From: Shewanella sp.
GTDB taxonomy: Bacteria > Pseudomonadota > Gammaproteobacteria > Enterobacterales > Shewanellaceae
NCBI RefSeq assembly: GCF_041630135.1
Contig: NZ_JBFKLW010000019.1
Coordinates: 2,675-66,674 of the forward strand
DNA length: 64,000 bases
Direction: 5' to 3'
Both the position numbers and the translations under genes were made by a program. This document shows positions 1-10,561 of the stretch, one piece after another. Under the pieces are notes generated by a model. It searched no databases, had not been told where the DNA came from, and saw only the letters and a list, made by a program, of their open reading frames with translations. Each line of letters opens with the position of its first letter. Within the stretch, counting starts at the first letter, position 1.

Positions 1-1
1 G

Positions 2-952
2 CTCGCCACCGGTAACAGCGTCGTGCTCAAACCATCTGAAAAGTCACCACTTACCGCCATTCGTATGGCGCAGATCGCTAAAGAAGCTGGGATCCCTGAA
101 GGGGTGCTCAATGTGCTGCCGGGCTTTGGTCATACTGTGGGTCAGGCGCTGGCGCTGCACATGGATGTGGATACTCTGGTGTTCACCGGCTCTACCAAGA
201 TTGCCAAGCAGCTGATGGTGTATGCAGGTCAATCAAATATGAAGCGTGTGTGGCTGGAAGCGGGCGGCAAGAGCCCCAACATAGTTTTTAACGATGCGCC
301 GGATCTGCAGGCCGCCGCCGAAGCGGCTGCCTCTGCCATTGCCTTTAACCAGGGTGAAGTGTGCACCGCCGGTTCCCGTCTGCTGGTGGAATCTGGTGTG
401 AAGGATGAGCTGCTTAAACTTATCGTTAAAGAAATGGAAGCCTGGCAGCCGGGTCATCCGCTGGACCCTGCCACTACCTGCGGTGCCGTGGTAGACAAGC
501 AGCAGCTCGATACCGTGCTCAGCTATATTAAGGCCGGCCACGATGAAGGCGCTAAGCTGCTCTGTGGCGGCGAGCGTAAACTTGAGGATACCGGTGGCGT
601 GTATGTGGCGCCGACTGTATTCGATGGCGTAACCAACCAGATGAAAATCGCCCGTGAGGAGATCTTCGGCCCGGTGATGTCGGTGATTACTTTCGATGGC
701 ATGGATGAAGCCGTTGCCATTGCCAACGATACTATCTATGGTCTGGCCGCCGGTGTCTGGACTTCGGATATCAGCAAGGCCCACAAAACAGCCAAGGCGC
801 TTCGCAGTGGCATGGTGTGGATTAACCACTATGATGGCGGTGATATGACTGCGCCATTCGGTGGTTATAAGCAGTCCGGTAACGGCCGGGACAAGTCGCT
901 GCATGCCTTTGAAAAATACACTGAAGTCAAAGCCACCTGGATAGCGCTTTAA
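2..952 (+). CDS. puuC: NAD(P)-dependent aldehyde dehydrogenase. Only the C-terminal ~310 aa are present; the 5' end is upstream of the window. By context, a PuuC-like gamma-glutamyl-gamma-aminobutyraldehyde dehydrogenase.
   Basis: The ORF is open to the window edge. It carries the ALDH motifs EAGGKSP and GEVCTAGSR (catalytic Cys). Its neighbours are puuB/puuR/puuD/puuA homologues, and a hairpin terminator follows. Confidence 0.8.
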   Translation, partial: LATGNSVVLKPSEKSPLTAIRMAQIAKEAGIPEGVLNVLPGFGHTVGQALALHMDVDTLVFTGSTKIAKQLMVYAGQSNMKRVWLEAGGKSPNIVFNDAPDLQAAAEAAASAIAFNQGEVCTAGSRLLVESGVKDELLKLIVKEMEAWQPGHPLDPATTCGAVVDKQQLDTVLSYIKAGHDEGAKLLCGGERKLEDTGGVYVAPTVFDGVTNQMKIAREEIFGPVMSVITFDGMDEAVAIANDTIYGLAAGVWTSDISKAHKTAKALRSGMVWINHYDGGDMTAPFGGYKQSGNGRDKSLHAFEKYTEVKATWIAL

Positions 953-968
953 CGCCAACGTGATTTTC

Positions 969-1002
969 AAAAAGAAACCCGCCAATCGGCGGGTTTCTTT
1001 TT
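969..1002. terminator. bidirectional rho-independent terminator between convergent puuC and puuB
   Basis: AAAAA GAAACCCGCC aatc GGCGGGTTTC TTTTT. Confidence 0.85.
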
Positions 1003-1035
1003 CATTACTCATTGATATGGCGATATGGCAGCTAA

Positions 1036-2343
1036 TCAGAAGATGTCCATAAAGCGGTGATAAAGCATGCCTGCTGCCAGCAGCGGCGAGCGCAGCGCAG
1101 GGCCACCTGGGAAGGTCATATGTTTCACCTTGGCAAATATCTCAAAACGCGCTGTGTCGCCTGCTATTGCCTCGGCCAGCAAACGGGCTGCCATATGGGT
1201 GGCGTTGACGCCGTGGCCTGAATAGGCCTGGGCAAAATAGATGTTGGGTGCATCCGGCAGAGTGCCCAATTGGGGCAGGCGGTTGGCACCAATGCCAATC
1301 ATGCCGCCCCATTGATAATCGATACGTACACCTTTGAGCTGGGGGAATACTTTTTCCAGATTGGGGCGCAGCGCCGCTTCAATGTCGGCTGGATCTTTGC
1401 CTGAATAGGTACAGAGGCCGCCAAACAGCAAGCGACCATCACTGGAGAGGCGGAAGTAGTCGAGGGCAATACGCATGTCCGCAAAGGACATGTTTTTGGG
1501 AATGATTTGCTTGCACACCTCTGGTGAGAGCGGCTCAGTAGCCAGCAGATAACTGCCTGCAGGCAGCACCTTGCCGCCAACATAAGGTTCGAGTTTATGG
1601 CCAATGTAGGCGTTGCCGGCCAGTACCAGTTGATTGCAGCTGACTTCGCCGCGCTCGGTCAGTACTTTGGGCTTATCGCCCTTGATGATTTTGGTGGCGG
1701 CGCTGTATTCAAAAATCTGCACACCCAGCTCGCGCGCCACTCTGGCTTCTCCGAGGGCCAGGTTCAGCGGATGCAAATGGCCGCTGCCCATGTCCATCAG
1801 CGCGCCCTGATAACAATCTGAGCCAATCACCTCGCCAATGTTACCTTTTTCCAACAGCTTGAGCTCGTGGCGATAGCCTACGGCCTGCAAGTGCTCCAGC
1901 TCTTCAGCCAACTCCTTCATATGGCGGGGTTTTACCGCCAAATCACAGTAGCCCATGGTCAGGTCGCAGTCGATGTTGTGCTTGGCAACCCGCTCTCGCA
2001 CTATTTCTACCGCCTCAAAGCCCATTTGGGTGATGGCGTCTATGCCTTCCTGGCCGATGTCGTTTTTAAACTGTTCCAGCCCGTGACCTATGCCGCGAAT
2101 AAGCTCGCCGCCGTTGCGACCGGAGGCACCCCAGCCAACCCGTTTGGCTTCAAGCAGCGCAACTTTAAAGCCCTTTTGTGCCAGTTCAATAGCCGTATTC
2201 AGGCCACTGAATCCCCCTCCCACAATGCAGACGTCTACCTCCAGTGAACTATCCAGTACGGGATACTGATATATCTCTTTTGCAGTCGCAAAATAGAAGG
2301 ATTCAGGGTACTTGTCGCTGTGAATGGGTGAATTGTTTGCCAT
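1036..2343 (-). CDS. puuB: FAD-dependent oxidoreductase, gamma-glutamylputrescine oxidase-like (PuuB)
   Basis: FAD dinucleotide fold VCIVGGGFSGL and a WGASGRNGG motif. I chose the start at MANNS (ATG 2343) because GGAG lies about 7 nt upstream. The track ORF extends to 2400. Confidence 0.8.
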   Translation of the reverse strand: MANNSPIHSDKYPESFYFATAKEIYQYPVLDSSLEVDVCIVGGGFSGLNTAIELAQKGFKVALLEAKRVGWGASGRNGGELIRGIGHGLEQFKNDIGQEGIDAITQMGFEAVEIVRERVAKHNIDCDLTMGYCDLAVKPRHMKELAEELEHLQAVGYRHELKLLEKGNIGEVIGSDCYQGALMDMGSGHLHPLNLALGEARVARELGVQIFEYSAATKIIKGDKPKVLTERGEVSCNQLVLAGNAYIGHKLEPYVGGKVLPAGSYLLATEPLSPEVCKQIIPKNMSFADMRIALDYFRLSSDGRLLFGGLCTYSGKDPADIEAALRPNLEKVFPQLKGVRIDYQWGGMIGIGANRLPQLGTLPDAPNIYFAQAYSGHGVNATHMAARLLAEAIAGDTARFEIFAKVKHMTFPGGPALRSPLLAAGMLYHRFMDIF

Positions 2344-2422
2344 AAGGGCTCCGACACTGGTTTTTATTGTAAATTGGACTTGTGTCTGTATACTCATCAC
2401 ACTTTTTGCGGATAATTACACA

Positions 2423-2437
2423 GTGTTCATTTTATTT
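2423..2437 (-). promoter_or_regulatory. candidate PuuR operator (AAATAAAATGAACAC on the minus strand)
   Basis: Resembles the E. coli PuuR recognition sequence as I recall it (AAAATATAATGAACA). It lies in the puuB/puuR divergent region. Confidence 0.4.
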
Positions 2438-2621
2438 AACATGTATTGCCGCTAGAATACAATCTGTATCTGTTCTGCTCTTTATAGTTAACGAGAGCGG
2501 ATTTTTTCTCAGGTATATGAATTTACTTGATAATTTGTAAGTTTCGAACGTGGGGGTGGCTGTGCTCAAGTTCGGAAAACATAATTTGCACTTTATCTGC
2601 TGTGCAGATAACTGAACCTGT

Positions 2622-3185
2622 TTGGGGGTGACAAATTTGGATATCGGAGCCAGTCTCAAAGCTGTTCGTAAGATGAAAGGCCTGTCCCAGCGCGAGCTGG
2701 CCAAGCGTGCAGGCGTGACCAACAGTACCATTTCCATGATTGAGAAAAACAGTGTAAGTCCTTCAGTCAGTTCATTGAAGAAGGTGCTTTCAGGGATCCC
2801 TATGTCTCTGGTTGAGTTTTTCTCTATCGGCGAGTCAGCGTCAGCTGAACAAAAGATTGTTTATCGGGCCAATGAATTGTTAGACATAGGGACGGGAGCG
2901 CTGGAGTTTAAGCTCATCGGCCGTGATTATCCCAATCGTGCTATGTCAGTAATGAGCGAAACCTATCCCCCCGGAGCAGATACCGGTGAAGAAATGCTAA
3001 AGCACGTGGGCGAAGAAGCGGCTCTGGTTATTTCGGGTAAGTTTGAATTGACTGTCGGTGATGACGTGTTCGTTCTTGAAGCCGGTGATAGCTATTATTT
3101 TAACAGTGAACTACCACACAGATTCAGGAACCCCTTCGAAGAACCCTGCCAGTTGGTGAGTGCTACCACCCCGGCAAACTTCTGA
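2622..3185 (+). CDS. puuR: HTH (XRE) plus cupin transcriptional repressor, PuuR-like
   Basis: The N-terminal HTH (LSQRELAKRAGVTNSTISMIEKNSVSPSVSSLKKVL) and C-terminal cupin are colinear with E. coli PuuR as I recall it. The start is uncertain: TTG 2622, GTG 2628 or TTG 2637. Confidence 0.8.
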   Translation: MGVTNLDIGASLKAVRKMKGLSQRELAKRAGVTNSTISMIEKNSVSPSVSSLKKVLSGIPMSLVEFFSIGESASAEQKIVYRANELLDIGTGALEFKLIGRDYPNRAMSVMSETYPPGADTGEEMLKHVGEEAALVISGKFELTVGDDVFVLEAGDSYYFNSELPHRFRNPFEEPCQLVSATTPANF

Positions 3186-3198
3186 TTGTTTTCCTGTT

Positions 3199-3226
3199 GC
3201 GGCCCTTCAAGGGCCGCAATTATTTC
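3199..3226 (+). terminator. hairpin terminator after puuR
   Basis: GCGGCCC ttcaa GGGCCGC, followed by a weak T tract (aattatttc). Confidence 0.55.
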
Positions 3227-3507
3227 AGCCCCTGAAAACTCCTTTCCGCTTTTTCTTTGTTTGCATTCAAAAAGACGATGTAAATAATTTTAACCGAATA
3301 TAGTCGATAACCTCGCTACTCCATTAAGCCCCTCGTACTATCATTGCTGTGCTTCTCTGTGACATTTCATTAACCAATTTTTCAGTAAATATCCTGATGC
3401 AATGGTAAAAATCTATTTGTTTCAATAGTTAATTAAATGTTGCCTTAAAAGTGAGGCTAACACCTTCGGAGGCTATTGCCTCGTTCAATATTTCGGTGTA
3501 CTGTGTG

Positions 3508-3519
3508 AAAAAATGAACG
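3508..3519 (+). promoter_or_regulatory. candidate PuuR operator (AAAAAATGAACG)
   Basis: The same A-rich plus AATGAAC motif, about 55 nt upstream of puuD. Confidence 0.35.
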
Positions 3520-3574
3520 CCGTGTTTGAAGGCGATCACAAATCTTAAACGTTGACTCACATGTAAGGTGAAGT

Positions 3575-4339
3575 ATGTCCCACGCCACGATACCCCTGAT
3601 TGGTGTATCTGCCTGCAATGCCCCTTTGGGTTTGCAGACGTTTAATATCGTAGGAGAAAAGTATCTACTCGGTGTGATCAACGGGACTGGCGGTTGGCCG
3701 CTGATCATCCCTTCCATAGGTGAAGGTCTGCCTATGTCGGACATACTGGCACGCCTGGACGGTATTCTCTTTACCGGCTCGCCCTCGAATGTGGAACCCC
3801 ATCATTATGCGGGGACTGCCAGCGAACCGGGAACACACCACGATCCCCGTCGTGACGCCACCACATTGCCACTGATCCGGGCTGCGATAGAGGCCGGCGT
3901 GCCGGTGCTCGGCATATGTCGCGGTTTTCAGGAAATGAATGTGGCCTTTGGTGGCAGCCTGTATCAAAAGATCCATGAAACAGGCAAATACATGGAGCAC
4001 AGGGAGGACAGAGAGGCACCCTTGGAGGTGCAGTATGGGCTGGCTCATACGGTTACCCTGGAGCCCGGGGGGGTGCTTTTTGAAGCCTGGGGCCGCAGCT
4101 CGGCGGAAGTGAATTCCGTCCACACTCAAGGCGTTGAGCGTCTGGGTAATGGGTTGCGGCCAGAAGCGTACGCTCCGGATGGCTTGATAGAAGCCTTTTC
4201 CGTGAAAGATGCCAAAAATTTCGCCCTTGGTGTGCAGTTTCACCCAGAATGGAAGGTAGCCGACAATGCATTTTATCTGTCGATTTTTAACGCCTTCGGT
4301 GATGCGTGCAGACGCAGGGCTCAAGACCGAGTGAGATAA
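3575..4339 (+). CDS. puuD: gamma-glutamyl-GABA hydrolase (class I glutamine amidotransferase, peptidase C26)
   Basis: Nucleophile motif GICRGFQ and His motif GVQFHPEW. The gene lies directly upstream of a puuA homologue. Confidence 0.85.
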   Translation: MSHATIPLIGVSACNAPLGLQTFNIVGEKYLLGVINGTGGWPLIIPSIGEGLPMSDILARLDGILFTGSPSNVEPHHYAGTASEPGTHHDPRRDATTLPLIRAAIEAGVPVLGICRGFQEMNVAFGGSLYQKIHETGKYMEHREDREAPLEVQYGLAHTVTLEPGGVLFEAWGRSSAEVNSVHTQGVERLGNGLRPEAYAPDGLIEAFSVKDAKNFALGVQFHPEWKVADNAFYLSIFNAFGDACRRRAQDRVR

Positions 4340-4342
4340 GAC

Positions 4343-5698
4343 ATGGAAAAGCTAATCGCGTTTTTAAAAGAAAAGAAAATTACCGAAGTGGAATGTGTCA
4401 TCAGCGATATGACAGGTATCGCCCGTGGCAAAATTGCGCCGGTTGACAAGTTTATTGCCGAGCAGGGCATGCGCTTACCTGAGAGCGTGCTGCTGCAGAC
4501 AGTGACCGGCGACTATGTTGATGATGATACCTACTATGAGCTGCTCAACGAAGCTGACGTAGACTTTCTGTGTGTACCCGATGAAAACGCCGTGTTCGAG
4601 TTGCCATGGTGTGCGGAAGCCACCGCTCAGGTGATCCACGACGTGTACGATCGTATGGGGAATCCCATTGAGCTGTCGCCACGTAACGTACTGAAAAAAG
4701 TGTTAAAACTGTACGAGGATAAGGGCTGGGAGCCCGTCATAGCCCCCGAGATGGAGTTTTATCTGGTGGCGCGCAATGGGGATCCTGATCTGCCGCTGAA
4801 TCCACCTCTGGGACGTTCAGGTCTGCCAGAAGCCGGTCGTCAGTCGTTTTCTATTGATGCCGCCAACGAATACGACCCATTGTTCGAAGACATGTACGAG
4901 TGGTGTGAAGCCCAGGGCCTGTTTATCGACACCCTGATCCACGAAGATGGCCCTGCACAGATGGAAATCAACTTCAGCCACGGTAATGCGCTGTCGCTGG
5001 CAGATCAGGTGTTTGTGTTCAAGCGGACACTGCGCGAAGCCGCACTCAAGCACAATGTTTGCGCCACCTTTATGGCCAAGCCGGTCACTAATGAACCCGG
5101 CAGCGCCATGCATATTCACCAGAGTGTGGTCGACAAGATGACCGGCAAAAACATCTTTACCAAGGAAGATGGTACCAAGAGCGCTAACTTTTTGGGGTAT
5201 ATCGCCGGTCTGCAGCAGTTTATTCCTGAATTTTTGCCACTGATGGCGCCCAGCGTGAATTCGTTCCGTCGCTTCCTGCCCGGTACCTCTGCGCCGGTAA
5301 ACCTGGAATGGGGTGAGGAGAATCGTACCTGCGGTCTGCGTATCCCTGAGTCATCACCGCAGAACCGTCGAATCGAAAACCGTATTCCCGGTGCGGATGC
5401 CAACTGCTACCTCGCCATCGCAGCCAGCCTGCTGGCCGGTTATATCGGTATGGTGGAAGGGCTTAAGCCAACCAATCCGGCATTGGGTCGTGCGAACGAA
5501 AGTCGTACTGCTGATACCAATTGTCTGCCACTGACATTGGAAGAGGCGCTGGTGGCTCTCGGAGAAAGTGACGCTGCCCGTAAATATCTGGGTGATGCGT
5601 TCACCACTGGCTTTGTGGCGGTGAAGCAGGCGGAGCTGGAAAACTTCAGGCGTGTGGTCAGTGCCTGGGAGCGTGAATTCCTGCTGTTAACAGTATAA
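4343..5698 (+). CDS. puuA: gamma-glutamylputrescine synthetase (glutamine synthetase family)
   Basis: GS catalytic-domain motifs (MEINFSHG, NRIENRIPGADANCYLAIAASLLAG). It starts 4 nt after the puuD stop. Confidence 0.85.
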   Translation: MEKLIAFLKEKKITEVECVISDMTGIARGKIAPVDKFIAEQGMRLPESVLLQTVTGDYVDDDTYYELLNEADVDFLCVPDENAVFELPWCAEATAQVIHDVYDRMGNPIELSPRNVLKKVLKLYEDKGWEPVIAPEMEFYLVARNGDPDLPLNPPLGRSGLPEAGRQSFSIDAANEYDPLFEDMYEWCEAQGLFIDTLIHEDGPAQMEINFSHGNALSLADQVFVFKRTLREAALKHNVCATFMAKPVTNEPGSAMHIHQSVVDKMTGKNIFTKEDGTKSANFLGYIAGLQQFIPEFLPLMAPSVNSFRRFLPGTSAPVNLEWGEENRTCGLRIPESSPQNRRIENRIPGADANCYLAIAASLLAGYIGMVEGLKPTNPALGRANESRTADTNCLPLTLEEALVALGESDAARKYLGDAFTTGFVAVKQAELENFRRVVSAWEREFLLLTV

Positions 5699-5749
5699 CA
5701 ATTAAGTACTTGCCGGGGCTTGCTCCGGCATTTAAGGGGGAGGGCGAAG

Positions 5750-7129
5750 ATGCAACAACAGCAACATCACATCGGCGCACTGCAGGAAATGGATGCAAGC
5801 CATCATCTGCATCCATTCACTGATACGGCGGCGCTGGCAAAGCGTGGTACACGGATAATCGAGCGTGCCGACGGCGTCTATATCTGGGATGCGGACGGTA
5901 ACAAACTGCTCGACGGCATGGCAGGTCTTTGGTGTGTTAACGTGGGTTATGGCCGCCAAAGCATTGCCGATGCGGCTTATGCTCAGCTTAAAACCCTCCC
6001 TTTTTATAATAACTTCTTCCAGTGCACCCATGAGCCTGCGGTTAAGCTGGCGACCAGAATAGCTGAATTGGCGCCAGCTCATATGAACCGTGTGTTTTTT
6101 ACCGGTTCGGGTTCTGAAGCCAACGACACCAACCTGCGTATGGTGCGCCGTTATTGGGATCTGAAAGGCAAGCCTGCCAAGAAAACCATTATCAGCCGCA
6201 AGAATGCTTACCATGGTTCTACCGTGGCTGGTGCCAGCCTTGGTGGCATGGGCTTTATGCATCAGCAGGGTGATTTGCCTATTCCGGGTATTGTCCACAT
6301 CGATCAGCCTTATTGGTTTGGCGAAGGGCGGGACATGACCCCTGAAGCATTCGGTATTAAAACAGCCAAGGCTCTGGAAGAAAAGATCCTCGAATTGGGC
6401 GAGGATAATGTGGCTGCTTTTATCGCCGAACCATTTCAGGGAGCCGGTGGTGTAGTCATTCCCCCTGCGAGCTACTGGAATGAAATAAAAAGGATTTTGG
6501 CAAAGTACGATATTCTGTTTATTCTGGATGAAGTTATCAGCGGCTTTGGCCGCACAGGTAACTGGTTTGCCGCACAAACATTGGATCTAAAACCTGATTT
6601 AATCACCATTGCCAAAGGCATGACATCGGGTTATGTCCCCATGGGAGGCGTAATAGTCTCTGACAGAGTTGCAGATGTGTTGGTTAACAACGGTGGTGAG
6701 TTTGCCCATGGATTTACTTACTCTGGCCATCCGGTTGCGGCGGCTGCAGCACTTGAAAATATCCGAATTCTGGATGAGGAGCGTCTGGTAGATAAGGTGC
6801 GGGAAGATACAGGCCCTTATTTGCAGGACAAACTGCAGACGCTGACAGCCCATCCTTTGGTGGGTGAGGTCCGAGGTATGGGCATGGTGGGCGCTATCGA
6901 GCTTGTTGCAAATAAAGACACCCTGGCCAGGTTCGATGGGGACATTGGGATTGGCATGCTGTGCCGTGAAGCCTGTATCGAAAGCGGGCTGGTGATGCGC
7001 GCTGTGGGGGACACCATGATTATTTCCCCACCACTTTGTATCAGTCGTGATGAGATTGATGAACTTATTTTTAAAGCAAGTCAGGCACTTTCACTGACGC
7101 TTGAGAAGATTGCAGCTCAGGGTAACTGA
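5750..7129 (+). CDS. spuC: class-III PLP aminotransferase, putrescine-pyruvate aminotransferase-like (SpuC type)
   Basis: Motifs DEVISGFGRTG and PLP-Lys TIAKGMTSG. ATG 5750 is preceded by AAGGGGGAGGG. The track ORF starts at TTG 5720. Confidence 0.8.
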   Translation: MQQQQHHIGALQEMDASHHLHPFTDTAALAKRGTRIIERADGVYIWDADGNKLLDGMAGLWCVNVGYGRQSIADAAYAQLKTLPFYNNFFQCTHEPAVKLATRIAELAPAHMNRVFFTGSGSEANDTNLRMVRRYWDLKGKPAKKTIISRKNAYHGSTVAGASLGGMGFMHQQGDLPIPGIVHIDQPYWFGEGRDMTPEAFGIKTAKALEEKILELGEDNVAAFIAEPFQGAGGVVIPPASYWNEIKRILAKYDILFILDEVISGFGRTGNWFAAQTLDLKPDLITIAKGMTSGYVPMGGVIVSDRVADVLVNNGGEFAHGFTYSGHPVAAAAALENIRILDEERLVDKVREDTGPYLQDKLQTLTAHPLVGEVRGMGMVGAIELVANKDTLARFDGDIGIGMLCREACIESGLVMRAVGDTMIISPPLCISRDEIDELIFKASQALSLTLEKIAAQGN

Positions 7130-7155
7130 GTGCATATTAAAAGCCTGCCACTTAG

Positions 7156-8403
<1,248 letters not shown>

Positions 8404-8516
8404 TCAACATTTGGGGCAGCCCTTGCTGCCCCTCCTTTGACTCTATCTTGCACAAGTAAACCGGGTTCCAGAAGGCCAGAGGCTCGTTCTGGCGCAGTTT
8501 GGAATGGAGAAGTATT

Positions 8517-9653
8517 ATGGCTATGACCTCGGGCGTCACCAATAAACCAACGACAAAGACGCAGGAAGAAGTGCTGCTCAAAATTGAGCGGGTAAGCAAG
8601 TTGTTTGATGATGTTCGCGCTGTGGATGATGTGTCGCTGACCATCAATAAGGGAGAAATTTTTGCATTGCTCGGCGGTTCAGGCTCGGGCAAATCTACCC
8701 TGCTGCGAATGCTGGCAGGTTTTGAAAGACCCTCTGAAGGACGCATCTTTCTCGACGGTCAGGACATTACCGATCTGCCGCCCTATGAGCGTCCAATTAA
8801 CATGATGTTCCAGTCCTATGCGTTGTTTCCCCATATGACGGTAGAACAAAATATTGCCTTTGGTCTCAAGCAGGACAAGCTGCCAAAGGATGAAATCGCT
8901 CAGCGTGTGCAGGAGATGCTCAAGATTGTGCATATGGAGCAGTACGCCAAGCGTAAGCCGCATCAGCTTTCCGGTGGCCAGCGTCAGCGTGTGGCTCTGG
9001 CCCGCTCGCTTGCCAAGCGTCCCAAGTTGCTGCTGCTCGATGAGCCCATGGGCGCGCTGGATAAAAAACTGCGCACCCAGATGCAGCTTGAAGTGGTTGA
9101 AATTCTAGAACGTGTGGGTGTGACCTGCGTGATGGTAACCCACGACCAGGAAGAAGCCATGACTATGGCAGGCCGTATAGCCATTATGAGCGACGGCTGG
9201 ATTGCTCAGGTCGGCAGCCCCATGGATATCTACGAGAGCCCCAACAGCCGCATGATTGCCGAATTTATCGGTACAGTGAACCTGTTTGATTGTGAAATCA
9301 TCGAAGATGAAGTAGACCACGTTATTTTGCAGTCGCCCACCTTGCCGCAGCCGTTCCTGATTGGCCATGGTGTAACCACCAGTCTTGAAGATAAGCATGT
9401 GTGGCTGGCGGTGCGCCCCGAGAAGACCCATATCAGCCGGAAACAGCCTGAAGGACAATACAATTGGGCCAAGGGTAAGGTACATGATATTGCCTATCTT
9501 GGCGGCCTGTCGGTCTACTATATCAAGTTGGAAGACGACAAGATTATCCAGTGCTCCATGACCAACACAGAGCGTCGTGCGGATCATCCCACCTGGGAAG
9601 ATGAAGTCTACATCAGCTGGGAGGCCACCAGTGGCGTGGTATTGAGATCATGA
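8517..9653 (+). CDS. potG: putrescine ABC transporter ATP-binding protein
   Basis: Walker A GGSGSGKST, signature LSGGQRQRVALAR, Walker B LLLLDEP. GGAG lies 7 nt before ATG 8517. Confidence 0.9.
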   Translation: MAMTSGVTNKPTTKTQEEVLLKIERVSKLFDDVRAVDDVSLTINKGEIFALLGGSGSGKSTLLRMLAGFERPSEGRIFLDGQDITDLPPYERPINMMFQSYALFPHMTVEQNIAFGLKQDKLPKDEIAQRVQEMLKIVHMEQYAKRKPHQLSGGQRQRVALARSLAKRPKLLLLDEPMGALDKKLRTQMQLEVVEILERVGVTCVMVTHDQEEAMTMAGRIAIMSDGWIAQVGSPMDIYESPNSRMIAEFIGTVNLFDCEIIEDEVDHVILQSPTLPQPFLIGHGVTTSLEDKHVWLAVRPEKTHISRKQPEGQYNWAKGKVHDIAYLGGLSVYYIKLEDDKIIQCSMTNTERRADHPTWEDEVYISWEATSGVVLRS

Positions 9654-10561
9654 GCAAACGAAAGAAAGGTTTTCGCTTTGCCATCCGTGGCAGGCACTTT
9701 ACTCTCGGCTTTCCCTTTCTGTGGCTGACCCTGTTCTTTGCACTGCCATTTGCAATTGTGCTCAAGATCAGTTTCTCCACTGCGGCGATTGCCATTCCGC
9801 CCTACGAGCCCACTTTTACCTATGTTGATGAGCTGCTGAATGTTGCTCTTAATCTTGGTAACTATTGGTTGCTGCTCGACGATGCGCTCTATTACACCGC
9901 CTATCTTGGCTCGCTGAAAATGGCGGTGGTGGCAACCCTTGGCTGTTTGCTGCTGGGGTATCCCATGGCTTACGCCATTGCCCGTGCACCGGCGAAGATG
10001 CAGACAGTATTACTGCTGCTGATTATGTTGCCATCCTGGACCTCGTTTCTTATCCGGGTGTACGCCTGGATGGGCCTGCTGGCAGATACCGGCCTTATCA
10101 ATAATGTGTTGATGTGGCTTGGGGTGATCAGTGAGCCTTTGAAGATAATGAACACCAACATTGCGGTGTATATAGGTCTGGTTTATGCGTATCTGCCCTT
10201 CATGGTGTTGCCGCTATACGCCAACCTGGTGAAGATGGACATCAGCCTGCTGGAAGCCGCGGCAGATTTGGGGTCTCGCAGTATTAATACCTTCTGGCAG
10301 ATCACCTTGCCACTGTCCAAGGGCGGTGTGATTGCCGGTTCCATGCTGGTGTTTATTCCGTCGGTGGGTGAGTTCGTTATTCCTGAACTGCTCGGTGGTC
10401 CGGACTCGCTGATGATAGGTAAGGTGCTCTGGCAGGAGTTCTTCAACAATCGTGACTGGCCGGTGGCATCCGCGCTGGCGATAGTGATGCTGGGACTTTT
10501 GATTATCCCCATTACCCTGTTCCATCATTATCAGTCCCGTGATTTGGAGAAAGAGGCATGA
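9650..10561 (+). CDS. potH: putrescine ABC transporter permease
   Basis: Multi-TM protein with EAA loop LLEAAADLG. ATGA start/stop overlap with potG. Confidence 0.9.
   Translation: MSKRKKGFRFAIRGRHFTLGFPFLWLTLFFALPFAIVLKISFSTAAIAIPPYEPTFTYVDELLNVALNLGNYWLLLDDALYYTAYLGSLKMAVVATLGCLLLGYPMAYAIARAPAKMQTVLLLLIMLPSWTSFLIRVYAWMGLLADTGLINNVLMWLGVISEPLKIMNTNIAVYIGLVYAYLPFMVLPLYANLVKMDISLLEAAADLGSRSINTFWQITLPLSKGGVIAGSMLVFIPSVGEFVIPELLGGPDSLMIGKVLWQEFFNNRDWPVASALAIVMLGLLIIPITLFHHYQSRDLEKEA

Noticed and set aside
233-1012. 259-aa ORF antisense to the aldehyde dehydrogenase gene
   Set aside because: It is fully embedded antisense to a strongly supported gene. Its composition is low-complexity and Arg/Gly/His-rich, with no RBS or motif. 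This is the typical stop-depleted antisense frame of a GC-rich, codon-biased gene.
3513-3548. 11-codon uORF (MNAVFEGDHKS) in the puuD leader
   Set aside because: No Shine-Dalgarno sequence. It overlaps the candidate PuuR box, and its amino-acid content does not suggest attenuation. Probably fortuitous.
2401-3574. Sigma54 (GG-N10-GC) promoters for the nitrogen-related puu genes
   Set aside because: The candidates seen have the wrong spacing or lack the GC of the -12 element: GGaaaacataatttGC at about 2573 and GGtaaaaatctatttgt at about 3403.
5732-6577. 281-aa ORF antisense to the spuC-like aminotransferase. Similar long antisense ORFs lie at 10716-11414 (potI), 12903-13745 (gabD) and 14247-15119 (gabT).
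   Set aside because: Same reasoning. Each lies wholly inside a confidently identified gene on the other strand and shows no protein-family features. The sense genes avoid TTA/CTA/TCA codons, which removes stops from the antisense frame.
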